DNA from: Macrostomum hystrix
Lineage: Eukaryota; Animalia; Platyhelminthes
Assembly (NCBI GenBank): GCA_950097015.1
Contig: CATNEN010000038.1
Location: 31,000,001-31,064,000 of the forward strand
Direction of reading: 5' to 3'
Length of the DNA stretch: 64,000 bases
A program made the position numbers and the translations under genes. Below are positions 10,071 to 21,301 of the stretch, one piece after another. Position 1 is the first letter of the stretch; each line of letters starts with the position of its first letter. Under the pieces are notes generated by a model, which saw only the letters and a list, made by a program, of their open reading frames with translations, was not told where the DNA came from and did not search any database.

Positions 10071-12291
10071 TGAATTAAGTAGCCGCCGATTCCCTTTGTC
10101 TCGGATCTGTCTAGTCCCCTGTAGGAGTGACTGATCGCGGAAATAGCAATACTGTATGGACTAGTTTAGGTTATAATTCCCCTCCAAACCGCGATCAGAT
10201 TGTCGGGATCACTCATGCGTTTAGAGTGAGCTTTAATTCTTCATGTCCCTCTTCTTTACTGTAACCCGAGCCGAAGCTCGATTATGACCTTTCCCCCTTT
10301 AGATACATGTAACGACACTATAGGCAGGTCGGCGCCTGCGCTTCCCATATCCCGGCGGGATCACAATCATTGGCCGACTGCCGGCAGACGCTCCTAGTGG
10401 GGCATCTGGCGATTCTCGCCGCCGCTTCAGTGGGCAATTGGGGTGGCATTATGCCGACCCGATTCCTCGCTGACAGGCCGGCGAGCATGTGGGTTATTTT
10501 GATGAATGCGGGGTTGGCGGAGCTGCAGGACTATTTAAGAGAGCGCGCTGCGCTGCCCCTAGAACAACCTTTTCCTTTTTCCGGGAGCCTTTCCCGGCGA
10601 CCTACCTTTAACCTTGCCCAGGACCTTCCCTCCACCCTGGACTAAAACCTACCCCCCCTTCCTGTCTGGTCCCGGAACTCGGTCCGTGGACTCTCCCCCT
10701 TCTAGGCTAGCACCTAGTCCCTGAGCCTAAGGCTCCAGATCATAGCAGCAGGCAACTACCTGCTAGTGCCCTTAAGCGCAAGCCACCTCTTTAGGTGCGC
10801 TCCAAATTGAGCCTTGAGCTCCCTGCAGTCTGGCCCCTTGCCAACTGTACTCAGCAATCCCCCACCTATTCCCCTGTTCATTTGCATTCCCAGCGAGACC
10901 AACGGCCTGCAGCCTGTCAACCAGCATCGCAGATAAGTAACCCGCGTAGCGGACTTTTATTGCTATCCCTAAGGGATTTATTACTTAGCTAGTGGGCAAT
11001 CGGGGCGAGGGCAGGATTTGATTCTAGCCTAATAAACTATTATTCATCTTAGTCGCCAATCATTTAACTATTAGGCAATTTAGTAACAATTTAAATCACT
11101 TTCTATCATGCTGTTATTTCCCCTTTATTTTATCATTAGACAGCCCTCAATCATGAGTGGCTAATTCACTAGGGGTGGGCTCTGGTGATGCCGAGCCGAA
11201 AGCTGCGGCAGGAAGACAGCTGTGAGCGCGCATGAGAGCAATATGGAGCTAGGGATTTGCGAGCTAAATGCGGGATGTAGCGTGTGCATTTCTGCCTACG
11301 AGGTGGGGGATTCCTTGGCCGGCTTTCCTCACTCTCTCGGCGGGTTCCAGTGTATGCGTCAAGTTCCTTTGCCAATTTGAATTCTCCCTCTTTTCCCCGC
11401 CTTTCGCAACCGCGGCCATGGGAGCGAGAGGCGTGATCTAATAATTTCCTGCTTGCATAATCACTCAGCCAGTGTTCAGCTTAATCTCTCCTGCCTCTGT
11501 TCTCCTCAACTCACACAGAATCGGCTTGCTAGTTATCTAATGAGTAGGCTGCAGTCTAATGTACGGAATGTGTCTAATGTCTCATGAGTAGGATTCTGGC
11601 TATGGATTTCTCATTCGGGTTCGGAGTACCACCTTCCTAGACCACTGTAGCGCAGTTTCAGGAATCCCCTTGTGAGGCGTGACTCGATCCATTCTGGGGT
11701 TCTCACCCTAGTCTAAAACGGAAGTTACAGAATGCTCTATTTTTCGGCTTGTCTAAGATCTGTGTGACAAACTGGGAGCTGCGAGCTCCGGGGACCCAAG
11801 TTCCCAAATGTCTGCGGTGGCAACGTAGGCGCATTGGGTGGTGGCGCTACCTTCGATCATTATCCGCTTGCCGATAGCCTTTCCGCATTTCTAAGACAAG
11901 AGCCTAGGCCGAGTCGACCACTGCTACCAAAGTTAGGAGTCAGTTACGAACATGCTACTGACGGCAGTAGGCTATCTAGCCCTGTCCTATTCGCTTGCGG
12001 GTAGTCCGACATCTATTTAGACTTTTAGCCGGTTTCGAGCACTGCTTGGGGTGGGCACGGCAGTCATGCCTGTGGCCTATGGGTTGGGTGGGACTGGCCA
12101 GCCTGAGGCCAATAGGACCACTCACTTGCATCCTTTGTACCGCTTCATCTCTCCCTTCATCCCTCCCTTCGTCATCCCTCTCTGCGACAGCTCGCGGCAG
12201 CAGCGATCGACCTCCGACTCTATCGTCGTTTTCCACACTCCTATCTTTCATGAGGGCGGTCATCGGCTAGCAAAAGACCCGCACTATTTCA
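10071..12291 (+). repeat. 3' LTR (~2221 bp, TGAA...TTCA)
   Basis: 3' part matches the 5' LTR. Start inferred from the PPT and terminal TG...CA. TATA-like TATTTAAG near 10532. Confidence 0.85.
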
Positions 12292-13309
12292 GTAGGTATT
12301 TTTCAAGAGTTTTATTAAGACAGTGATGTCGACCGTTTTCCACGTCTTGCTTAAGAAGGCGCTACCGGCACCGGGCCTCATGACTCCGTAACTACTTCAC
12401 CTCGTATGATGATATTGCTAGCTTTTGATGTGACTTATAGTGGCCAAGATCCCTGGGACAAAGGGGAAAAGACCTGGGTTGTTAGAGGGTATAACCAGCT
12501 GCTAGGCAGGGACAACCGATTGACCCTGACAAAACGGGGCTTCCGCTTTAATAGAGATAGTTCTTTGGGCTCATCGCCACGGTCCATGGCTGGAAACAGG
12601 GATTCTATGCGAGGTATTCTCAGGGAGTAGACGGTTCAGCAAGAGAGAGGACTTTTGCATAGGGGAAGACAGATCGAGGGCCCAAACCAAGGTCGAGAGT
12701 GTCCAGAGCATTTACTCCTGGTCACAAGGCCCCAACGATGCAAGTACAGGTTAAGGATCGGCTTCCATGTAGTCTCGTGCACAATGCCTAACTTAACTAA
12801 ACCTAAGAGTACATCAGAATAAAATTCAATTGAGGCTTCGCATGCACATTAGTCTCCTCACTGTCGATTGAATTCGGCTCTGTGCTGTGGAGTCATCCAT
12901 TCTAAGTAATCATGGCCTCATTCTTTGGCCCTGCAAGCTTACTCGCTCTTCGCCATTCAAAATTAACGAAGTAAAGCAATTAAAAAAGATTTAGTTCTTT
13001 GGTTTTTAGATTATTCCCCTATTAGATTTCAAAGCTCACCTATAGTAATTACGTTCTAATTAACCTTGAACGAATAATTAGTACACATAGGATTTGGGTT
13101 TCGTAAAAAAACTCGTAAAAAGCCGTAAAAAGCGTAAAATAAGGACTCAGATCTAGAGAGTATGAGAAGCTAACCGTTAACTGGCCCAATTAAAGGCTAA
13201 CCCTGCATAGAGCGTAGGACAATGCCAAGTAAGAGGGACTCACCGATCTGGCGACGCGACTGGTTGATTGGTGCGATGGACGAGCGGTGTGGCGACTGTG
13301 CCTAGGAAA

Positions 13310-16010
13310 ACTGGGCCACGACGTTCGACTACGTCGCGCTTAACGATGGCTCCTTCACCAGAATCAGCCCCAGAGGCCTGACCAGCGCCCCGGACGTGAC
13401 CTTCGTCCCGGCCAACTGGCAAGACCGGATGACCTGGAAGACGGAGGCACACATCGGATCCGACCATCTCCCTATTGTTATCGAGATTCGTAACAGCTCC
13501 AAGAGGCCCCCAAAGCGGAAACGGGTGACCCGCCTCGCCTACCATAGGCAGACTGGACCATATTCCGCGAGCTCATTACCGAAGAACTCAAGCACTGGCA
13601 GCACCGCCCACCACGCTCTGTCGCTGGTGCAACCGATAAAATGAACCACGCCATCCGTACAGCCGCTCGCGGAGCGATTCCGCAGGGTTCGAGCCGAGCC
13701 CCAGTAGCATGGTGGTGCCCAGAGGCCGAAGCCGCGTGCACCGCCAGACGTCAGGCCCTCGAAGCTCTCCGCACGGATCCTGACAACGACGAGCTCGCCG
13801 CGGCGTATCAAGCCGCGGGTGCTTTCGCCACCGCGTCCATCCGTAGGGCCAAGGAGGCACTCTGGCAAGAGTTCATATCCGACAACCACAATAAACTGGA
13901 CTCGGCCGCGATCTGGAGAATAATCCGAGTTCTCGACGCGCGGACAACGGCGGCCAGACCATCCGCAGCCTCATGGACTCGGCCAACCGCTGCGCCACCA
14001 TGAACTCACAAAAGGCCAACCTTTTCTGTAGAGAGTACGCAACGGTCGCGCAACTTCCTAAAGACAAAGTGCGGGACCACAAAGTCAAACTTGAGGCCAG
14101 GAGAGCCCTTGATGAGCCCTGTGCGTGCAACGGACAACGCCTGGGAATGTGTGCTGACTTCGACCTAGAGGCGCTCACCCGAGCCCTCCGCGCCATCCCG
14201 AGCCGGTCCGCCCCAGGGCTAGACGGGATATCCAACTTGATGCAGAAGAATCTGCCGCCAAAGGGGATCGAGCTCCTCCTCTTCACCATCAACCTTTCTT
14301 GGCGAAGCGGCCAGTGTTGCGCCGCCTGGAAAATCGGCGACATCAGGCCGATATACAAGCCTGGGAAAAGCCCGGACGCGACCTCCAGCTACCGCCCTAT
14401 CTGCCTCCTTTCCTGCACGGCGAAAGTCGCGGAACGTCTGGTTAACGAACGCCTCACGCACTACCTGGAGTCCGAGAACCTCATCCACCCGGCCCAGGCC
14501 GGCTTCCGCCTCGGTCGCTCTACCGAAGAGCAGATTGCCGCGGCATCCCAGTACGTCTTCGACGGCTTCCAGAAGAAAAAACCAGCAAACCGTGCAGCGA
14601 TGCTGTTTGGGGACTTCTCGCATGCCTACGAGCGCATGTGGCGACAGGCCCTCATCGCTAAGTTACGCCGTACGAAAGTCCCGACCTGCACGCGCCGCTG
14701 GATTCACTCGTATATTTCCGATCGACGGGCCATTGTGACCTGGGACGGCAACCAGAGCCCCCAACGCCTCTTCCCTGAGGGCCTCCCCCAAGGCTCCGTC
14801 ATCGCCCCGACTCTGTGGACGGTGTTCGTCGATGACCTGTTGGAGGATGCCCCAGAGGACATCTTCTCTCTGGCGTAAGCCGACGATACGACCTTTGGCG
14901 CACAAGGCATGAATTTGAAGACCTGTGAAGCAAGACCGCAAAGCGCGGCGAACTGGCTCGTCGAGTGGTGCACGACTTGGAAAGTTGACCTGAACAAATC
15001 CAAAACAGTTGTCAACTACTTCTCCCTCGACCCACGTGAGACAAACGGCAAGGCGAGACCGAATATCAGACTCGGAGACACGCCATGCAGCCCCACGCGA
15101 GGGCGTGTACCTCGATTCACAGCTCACGTTCCGCCACCATGCGGCGGTCCAAAAGCGCAACCTGCAGAAGCGGACAGGCGCCATGATGTGCCTTGCTGGT
15201 CGAGACTGGGTGCGCGACCCGAGATCTCTCAGACAGCTTTACCGCACCTACGCGGAAGCGGCGGTCCTACACGGTGCCTCCTCTTGGATGAGCTTTGCGT
15301 CCGACGCCTGCCGCCGGGAAGTTGAGACCAGCACCTCGCCGCAGCGCGCGTTATCTCGGGGTGCTGCCGATCCACCCCGACTGCCGCGCTCCTCAAAGAG
15401 GCCGGACTGACTCCACTCAACACCTCGGCGACGGCCGCTGCGGCTACGCTGATGGAGAAAACCCGGCGAGCAAGACAACAGACACCGCTCAGAACGCTGG
15501 CCGAACTCGACGTTCAACCGAGAATCCACGCTCACGGCAACCACGGCGATTTCAGACGCAACTGGAGGACGGAGGCCAACGGCTTGATCACCCGCGCGGG
15601 CCTCGCGGGAGTGTGCCCTCCGCATTGGTCTCCTCGCAGCCCTGGAGCGCGTCCCATGGCCCGGTACGGCAGAACTGCGTTGCACCACTGATTCGCAGGC
15701 CCTCATCCGATCGCTCGAACAAGGCCCGCACTCTCACCTGTCCCCCTGCTGACGGGACATCTGGCGCCTCCTCCTCAAAGTCCCCGCGGACCACCACGTG
15801 CCTACGAAGCGTGCCTACGAGGCTCGCGCTGCCTACGAAGCGGACCAGCACTGCCGGACGCACGGCGCTGCCTTCCGCGACGACCGCAGATCGGAGGCGA
15901 CTCTCAGCAGACGCGAGCTGATCACGCTAGCGCAACTTTGCACGGGCCACTCGCCTCTGCTGACCCGACCCCCGGACCTGCCCGGCCAGGAACGTATAAC
16001 TAACTAACTA
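13310..16010 (+). mobile_element. 5'-truncated, decayed non-LTR retrotransposon of the I/Ingi group (APE C-terminus, RT, RNase H remnant)
   Basis: APE motifs LNDGSFTR/APDVTF/GSDHLPI. RT motifs YRPICLLS, QAGFR, LPQGS; YADD is mutated to stop-ADD at 14876. DSQAL and AQLCTGHS follow. (TAAC)n tail. 15-bp TSD ACTGTGCCTAGGAAA at 13295-13309 and 16011-16025. Several frameshifts. Confidence 0.9.
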
Positions 16011-16249
16011 ACTGTGCCTAGGAAACCGTGATGACGAAGGCGCCGAAGGTTGTCAGACGACGAACGATGTCAGTATCGTGACCGATGAAACGTCACAGAC
16101 AGGAACCGAAGCCGGACAATGGAATGTAATGGAACGGAAACGGATGACGACGAAAGATCAACCAAACGTAACGAAACGAAGGAATGTCGAAAACGATAAC
16201 ACGCGAATAACGAAGACACGATAACGATAATACAAGAACAATAAGACGC

Positions 16250-17190
16250 AAGCCGCGAGGTCCGTCGCGACAGGGCCCTGGAGCTGCTGGACCCCGGAGT
16301 GATCGGAGCTTCACCGGAGCGATCCGCCGTACCTTCAAGTCTGGACAGACGGTGCGGCGGACTAAGGCTTTAGGAACGGCGGAGGGGGGCACGTCATCCG
16401 GCGGCAGGCGATCGGGTTGGACGTCAAGGGCAGCATTCCGACCGGCCGTTAGACCAGTTCGACTTCCTCTGAAGCAGCCGGGGCGGCAGCGGAGCTCGAG
16501 GCAGCCCGAGGTATTCTGCGTGAAAAGTCGAGCTCGGCGGTCTGGCCGCTATTCGACTCCGGAGCCTTGCACCAACGGCAACTGCAGTCGATGACCAAGT
16601 GCCTGGAGGACCACGCCACCGCGCAAGCCGCGATTCTGCTTGTCAGCAAGGACAGACTCACTATCATCTCATCACCCTATGTCGCCCCACTGCCGGGTTC
16701 CGGCCGGACACGCTATGAACGAGACAGCGGACGAGATGGCCAGGAGGGGCTGTGCCACGCCGCAGGACCCCCAACCGATTCCAGAGACGGCCGCCAGAGC
16801 CGCGCTCCGCCCCAGGGACGGGCTGCCGAATCGGACCAGTAATAAACCAGCCAGGTCCCATCTGACCATCCCCAAAGGCTCTTTGGCGGAACGCAGCTAG
16901 TCCACCGACGATGCGGCCCTGTACCATCTGCAGGCGAACCGGGCGCCTTTCTTGCAGGCCACCCGGAACCGCGCTTGCCCGCACTACAATGTCCCCCCGT
17001 AGAGGACACCCGGCAATTCCTGTGCGACTGCCGCAGGTGGGCGGAGGAGCGCTGGTTTACCTCCGGCCCGGGGGGGTCAACAACGGCTCGCTGTCTCCAC
17101 TGCAGGACGACCTAGAAGGGGTGCGTAACATCATTTGGGCAAACGCGCCCCCCGTTTGCCTAGCGAGGGATCCGTACCAACACACACATA
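16250..17190 (+). mobile_element. Second degenerate 3' fragment of an RNase H-containing non-LTR element (ends approximate)
   Basis: VWTDGAAD*GFRNGGGG, AELEAA and GHAMNETADEMARRG match RNase H motifs; disrupted by stops and frameshifts. Confidence 0.65.
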
Positions 17191-19979
17191 ACACGCCGAA
17201 CGAAGATACGGCCGAGGTACGAAATAAAACCCAGAGTCACGCGCTCATGCCGTGATCGCGTGATCAGCCCGAACTTGCAATTGACCTGTTTGTAGGACAG
17301 CCAGATCACGTGCCTCGCCAGCCGATCGGTGATTGGTGATTAGAGGGTAGTGGGGTGGGTGCGAGACTGCAAAAGAAAATTAGTTATTACTTTGGAGGGA
17401 GGTGGTCAGGTGCGCGATTACGTGACAAGACATATGATTAAGAGAACAAATGAATGGAGGCAGGTGGGTGTGTGATCTAAAAAGAAGAGATAAGTTGTGA
17501 CTATGTGCGCAATAAAAATTGAGGAAGGGGTGGAGCGCTTGACAAGTGGAGAGAAGTCATCATCACGCAAAAACGAGGGGTTGGGCGCATGTTGACAGCA
17601 AGAAGGGGAAAATTATTATTAACGACATGAAAAGAATTTGACAGGTCAATATCATGCAGATGCAGCGTGAGTCATCAGGGCAGGGAAGCTGGGACGTGGG
17701 AAGAGCAATGGGACTATTCTAAAAAAATAAAACTAATATTCTAAAGTCCCTGGTACATCAACAGTAAGACCGTGAGCCAATTACTACTTTTGAGTCTGAC
17801 TAAACCTTCACCGATTCTCTAATCCCTTCTCTGAGTCACCAATCATTTCTCTGATTCACTAACCCGGCCTTCTCTGATTCAAGCGTGCCAGAAATTATCA
17901 TGTCAATCTTGGTTATAATTGTCTCTTGAATTTTGAGTGAAATCCAGTAATAAAAATAATAATCGAATTAAAACTCAAATCAGAGGCCGCTTGAAGGCCT
18001 GGTCACCGCCACTTCTCCCCATTGTTTATCCGCAGATGATCAATTCAACCAAGGAACACCAGACAACGCGGGCCCCTAAAAATCAGTGGCTCAATACAAT
18101 TTAGTTCATGGGTCAGTTTGGTTGCATTTGTAGCGTGGCGCTGCGTCCTGCAATCAATATGCGTGCCCACGCTAAGGTCCGCTGTAGTACTCAGAAACTT
18201 AAAATAAATTTATAACAGTAATAACTGTTATACTAGAGTGGTCCTACAGTGGTTCTTGCTCATTCACGTACCACTTATCGCTGAATAAAAAGGACGGCTT
18301 TTAAGCAAGTCAAGCACCTTTCTTTATTGATTAGTGTTTATATATTTTTTTCTGACATGTTTTTTCATTTGCCTTTTACCTTGACAGTCAAGCTTTTGTT
18401 ATGCTTAACGATTTAAATAAGTTATTTTGAAAAAATATTTGTGTTTGATCGATCAGTCGTGTTCGTTCGAAGGAACCCTTTATCCTTAATTCTATTCGGC
18501 TCCCCTACTTGTTAAATTTCAATTTGTGGCTCTTCTTCATTTACAAATTAACAAACCAAGTGCCTCGAGCATGTCTTTCCAATAAATGACAATGTTATCT
18601 CTCAGGTTACATAATAAATGTAACCTAATAAATGTAATTGGGACCTGAGTATAGGGCTTTTCAAATATATCTCCACACGACCATGCATTGGCATTGTGAT
18701 AGCTAGTCTGGACCATGTAGTTTATGCCCAAAATTTCGGCCGTGCATTAGTCTTTGCCTTGCCTGCTTAATTTGTTGTGCACTTGCCCTACACTGATTTC
18801 TTGGCATGTGCACAGTGCACAGTACACGGTACACCTAGGCTAGATCTAGTAGTACTAGGCTTTAACCTAACCAAAGAATGTAAAACTGACTTTGCTTTGC
18901 TGGCTTTTTTTAGATTTTTAGATAAAAAATAGCCTCTAGTTTAAAGGCTATAGACTAATAGATGTTAAGATTTTATTCATGTTGTCATATGTAATTTTCT
19001 TATATGCAATACTCTACTATTATTAAACTTGAGTTTTTAAGCATTCACTCTAGCCTTCCATATTTGTGGGTTAGGCCCTACACACTTACACTCAGCTTTA
19101 TCTAATTATCTGCACTATTGCCTATGAAGTTTTATTTTTTTAATTGGATTAGTTAAATTTTCTTATGTAGCTAATGCATTATAATTTATAATTATGTTAT
19201 TTCTAGTTAGAAACATTCCTAGGCCTATAGGGCTCATGTCTTATGTAGTAAATTACTTATAACTGTTTTCTATAACTTGGCTTTTGATTTATCATCATAT
19301 CTTAAATAGAAAATCTGTCGCTTAGGTTTGAAGATAAAAAAATACACATTCTTGTTTGGTTGATGATACATTACATGTTAAGGCATTGATACATTACATG
19401 TATCATCAACCAAACAAGAGGTAGCAGTGTTGCAGCAGTGCAGTTGAGAATAGGAACCCACTGGTGCACACCTTAGTGGTACTTTTGATGATCAAAGTAG
19501 GATTTATAAATCTCCACTTCTTTATCAGGACCACTAAGTTCTACCAGATGATCAATCAGGTACTGGGCACAGATGTCAGTGATAAATTTTTGCCAGTCAA
19601 CAATTGCATTATGGCTGACATAGACTGCCATTGGCACTCACCCTGTTTTGCTTCTGTAGCCTACCACCAGATGAGATCCAGCAGCTGATGCAGCATGGGA
19701 TAGCTGGTTTAAAAAAATAAGCCTTTTCGAATTGACACCTGGGCATGACAGTTGGTGCATACCTAGGCAAGCCTATCCAAACATTGGTAGCCTACATTCC
19801 ACTGTAATAAGATGGTATTTCATGTACTAGTTGATGATGTCCTGAGGTGTTGCTGTGGTGTTGGTGAACTCCTGCATGGTTGAAGTTAATATTGCATAGC
19901 TCCAGTGTGGAGCGTACTTGCCCACAGGCACAATAAACATAGGTGCTGATAAGTGACTAGCTATGTATACTAGATAAAT

Positions 19980-20283
19980 TGATTGATTGATTGATTGATT
20001 ACACCTGCCCCAATCGGGTCAGATGTGCAGCCAACAGCACAGCCGCAGCTATTGCGCGGCGCATCTGAAGGCTGCGTACGGCTGTTCAGTCCATGGACTG
20101 GGGGGACGCCACACCCACCTTCAATTATCCCAGCTGATGCTGGTACCCATTTAACAGCTGGGTGAACTGAAGCAATGCAGAGTTAAGTGTCTTGCTAAAG
20201 GACACAAATTGTTCAGGGGAGTCGGGAATCGAACCCCCGACCTTCAAGTCGTGAGTCCGACGCCCTAACCACTAGGCTACAAC
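19980..20283 (-). mobile_element. tRNA-derived SINE with CORE-like central block and (AATC)n tail
   Basis: Minus head GTTGTAGCCTAGTGG...GGTTCGATTCCC (A and B boxes); TGTGTCCTTTAGCAAGACACTTAAC block; (AATC)n tail; 10-bp TSD CTAGATAAAT at 19970-19979 and 20284-20293. Confidence 0.88.
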
Positions 20284-20471
20284 CTAGATAAATACAATGC
20301 AGTTACAATCTGATCTAACTGAGTTAAAGAAATTTTATAAGTTATTTACTCCTTCCCCTGAATTACCACAATAGATATGCATAATTTCTATTACTTTGGT
20401 TTTATACATGTTACACATTCAATCCTTCATTCTTTCTATCAACTTTTGGAATTTTATTGGTATAGGCTTAA

Positions 20472-20743
20472 CATACATGCGCAACACCCGGCCGAACCGG
20501 CCGGGTGAAATGAAGGCCAAGCAAGGTAATTGGCAAAAACCAATCGACCAAGCGCAAAAAAATTAAAGGGGGGACCAAGGGACAAAAAAGGTAGGCGTGA
20601 AGAAAAGGAAAAAGGGGAGAGAAAAAGAGAGCAAATGAGAGCAAACTAAGTCGTAAATAGAGCAATGAAACGAACTAAGTCGCAAATGAGAGCAAAAACT
20701 AAGTCACATGGCCGGCTAAGATTTGGGAGGTTGCGCATGTATG
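20472..20743. mobile_element. Non-autonomous DNA transposon (MITE), hAT-like
   Basis: Perfect 14-bp TIR CATACATGCGCAAC/GTTGCGCATGTATG; 8-bp TSD AGGCTTAA at 20464-20471 and 20744-20751. Confidence 0.88.
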
Positions 20744-21301
20744 AGGCTTAATAATTTTCGATTTCAGTATTTTGTTTTAATATAAAATTGCATCCAACTT
20801 TACAAAAACCTTAGGTCATGATATATGGCCTCCTGTTTCTATATTTATAAGTTACAATATAATGACTATTATACTACTAGGTAGCTATGCCTAGCTAATT
20901 GTTACACAATCAAGGATAGGTTATATCAATGTTTTTAAGGATATGTCTCACTATTGTAAGTCTAGTTACATTATAATAGTATAGACCTGTCCTATTTATA
21001 TTACCCATGTCTAACATTTCTTTCTAACACTAGGCTGGGTTTCATGCTTTGTCTTAAAGGCACTGGGTGATCAATGTTATCCAAAGTCCAAATAAGATGA
21101 GGAACAATCTGATAAGACTGACTTTTCAAAACTTTATTTGAATTGGAATTAGGATTTGTATAGTCAACTAGCAATTTAGCTCCCTTCCGGGTGGCCTTCC
21201 ATCAGAATAAAGAAAGTGTCATTAAATCGTTTTAAAGGACTTTATTATTTACTAAAAATGTGTCACTACAAGCCAAACTGTGCCTATAATCTTCAGCCAA
21301 A

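Larger units (their letters stand above)
1..12291 (+). mobile_element. Ty3/Gypsy LTR retrotransposon, full length except ~640 bp of the 5' LTR lying before the window
   Basis: 1-1580 is repeated at 10712-12291 (offset 10711; identical ORF translations). LTR ends ...CTATTTCA. PBS follows the 5' LTR and a PPT precedes the 3' LTR. Domain order RT-RH-IN. Confidence 0.97.

Noticed and set aside
12292-13294. Possible minus-strand transcript or second LTR (donor-like GTGAG near 13035 and 13240, AATAAA near 12312)
   Set aside because: No ORF, partner repeat or boundaries could be established from this window.
20215-20284. tRNA genes here and at ~31100, ~32150, ~36000, ~42230 and ~44080
   Set aside because: The tRNA-like heads continue into SINE bodies or tails, or are degenerate; one has a TSD. 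They are SINEs.
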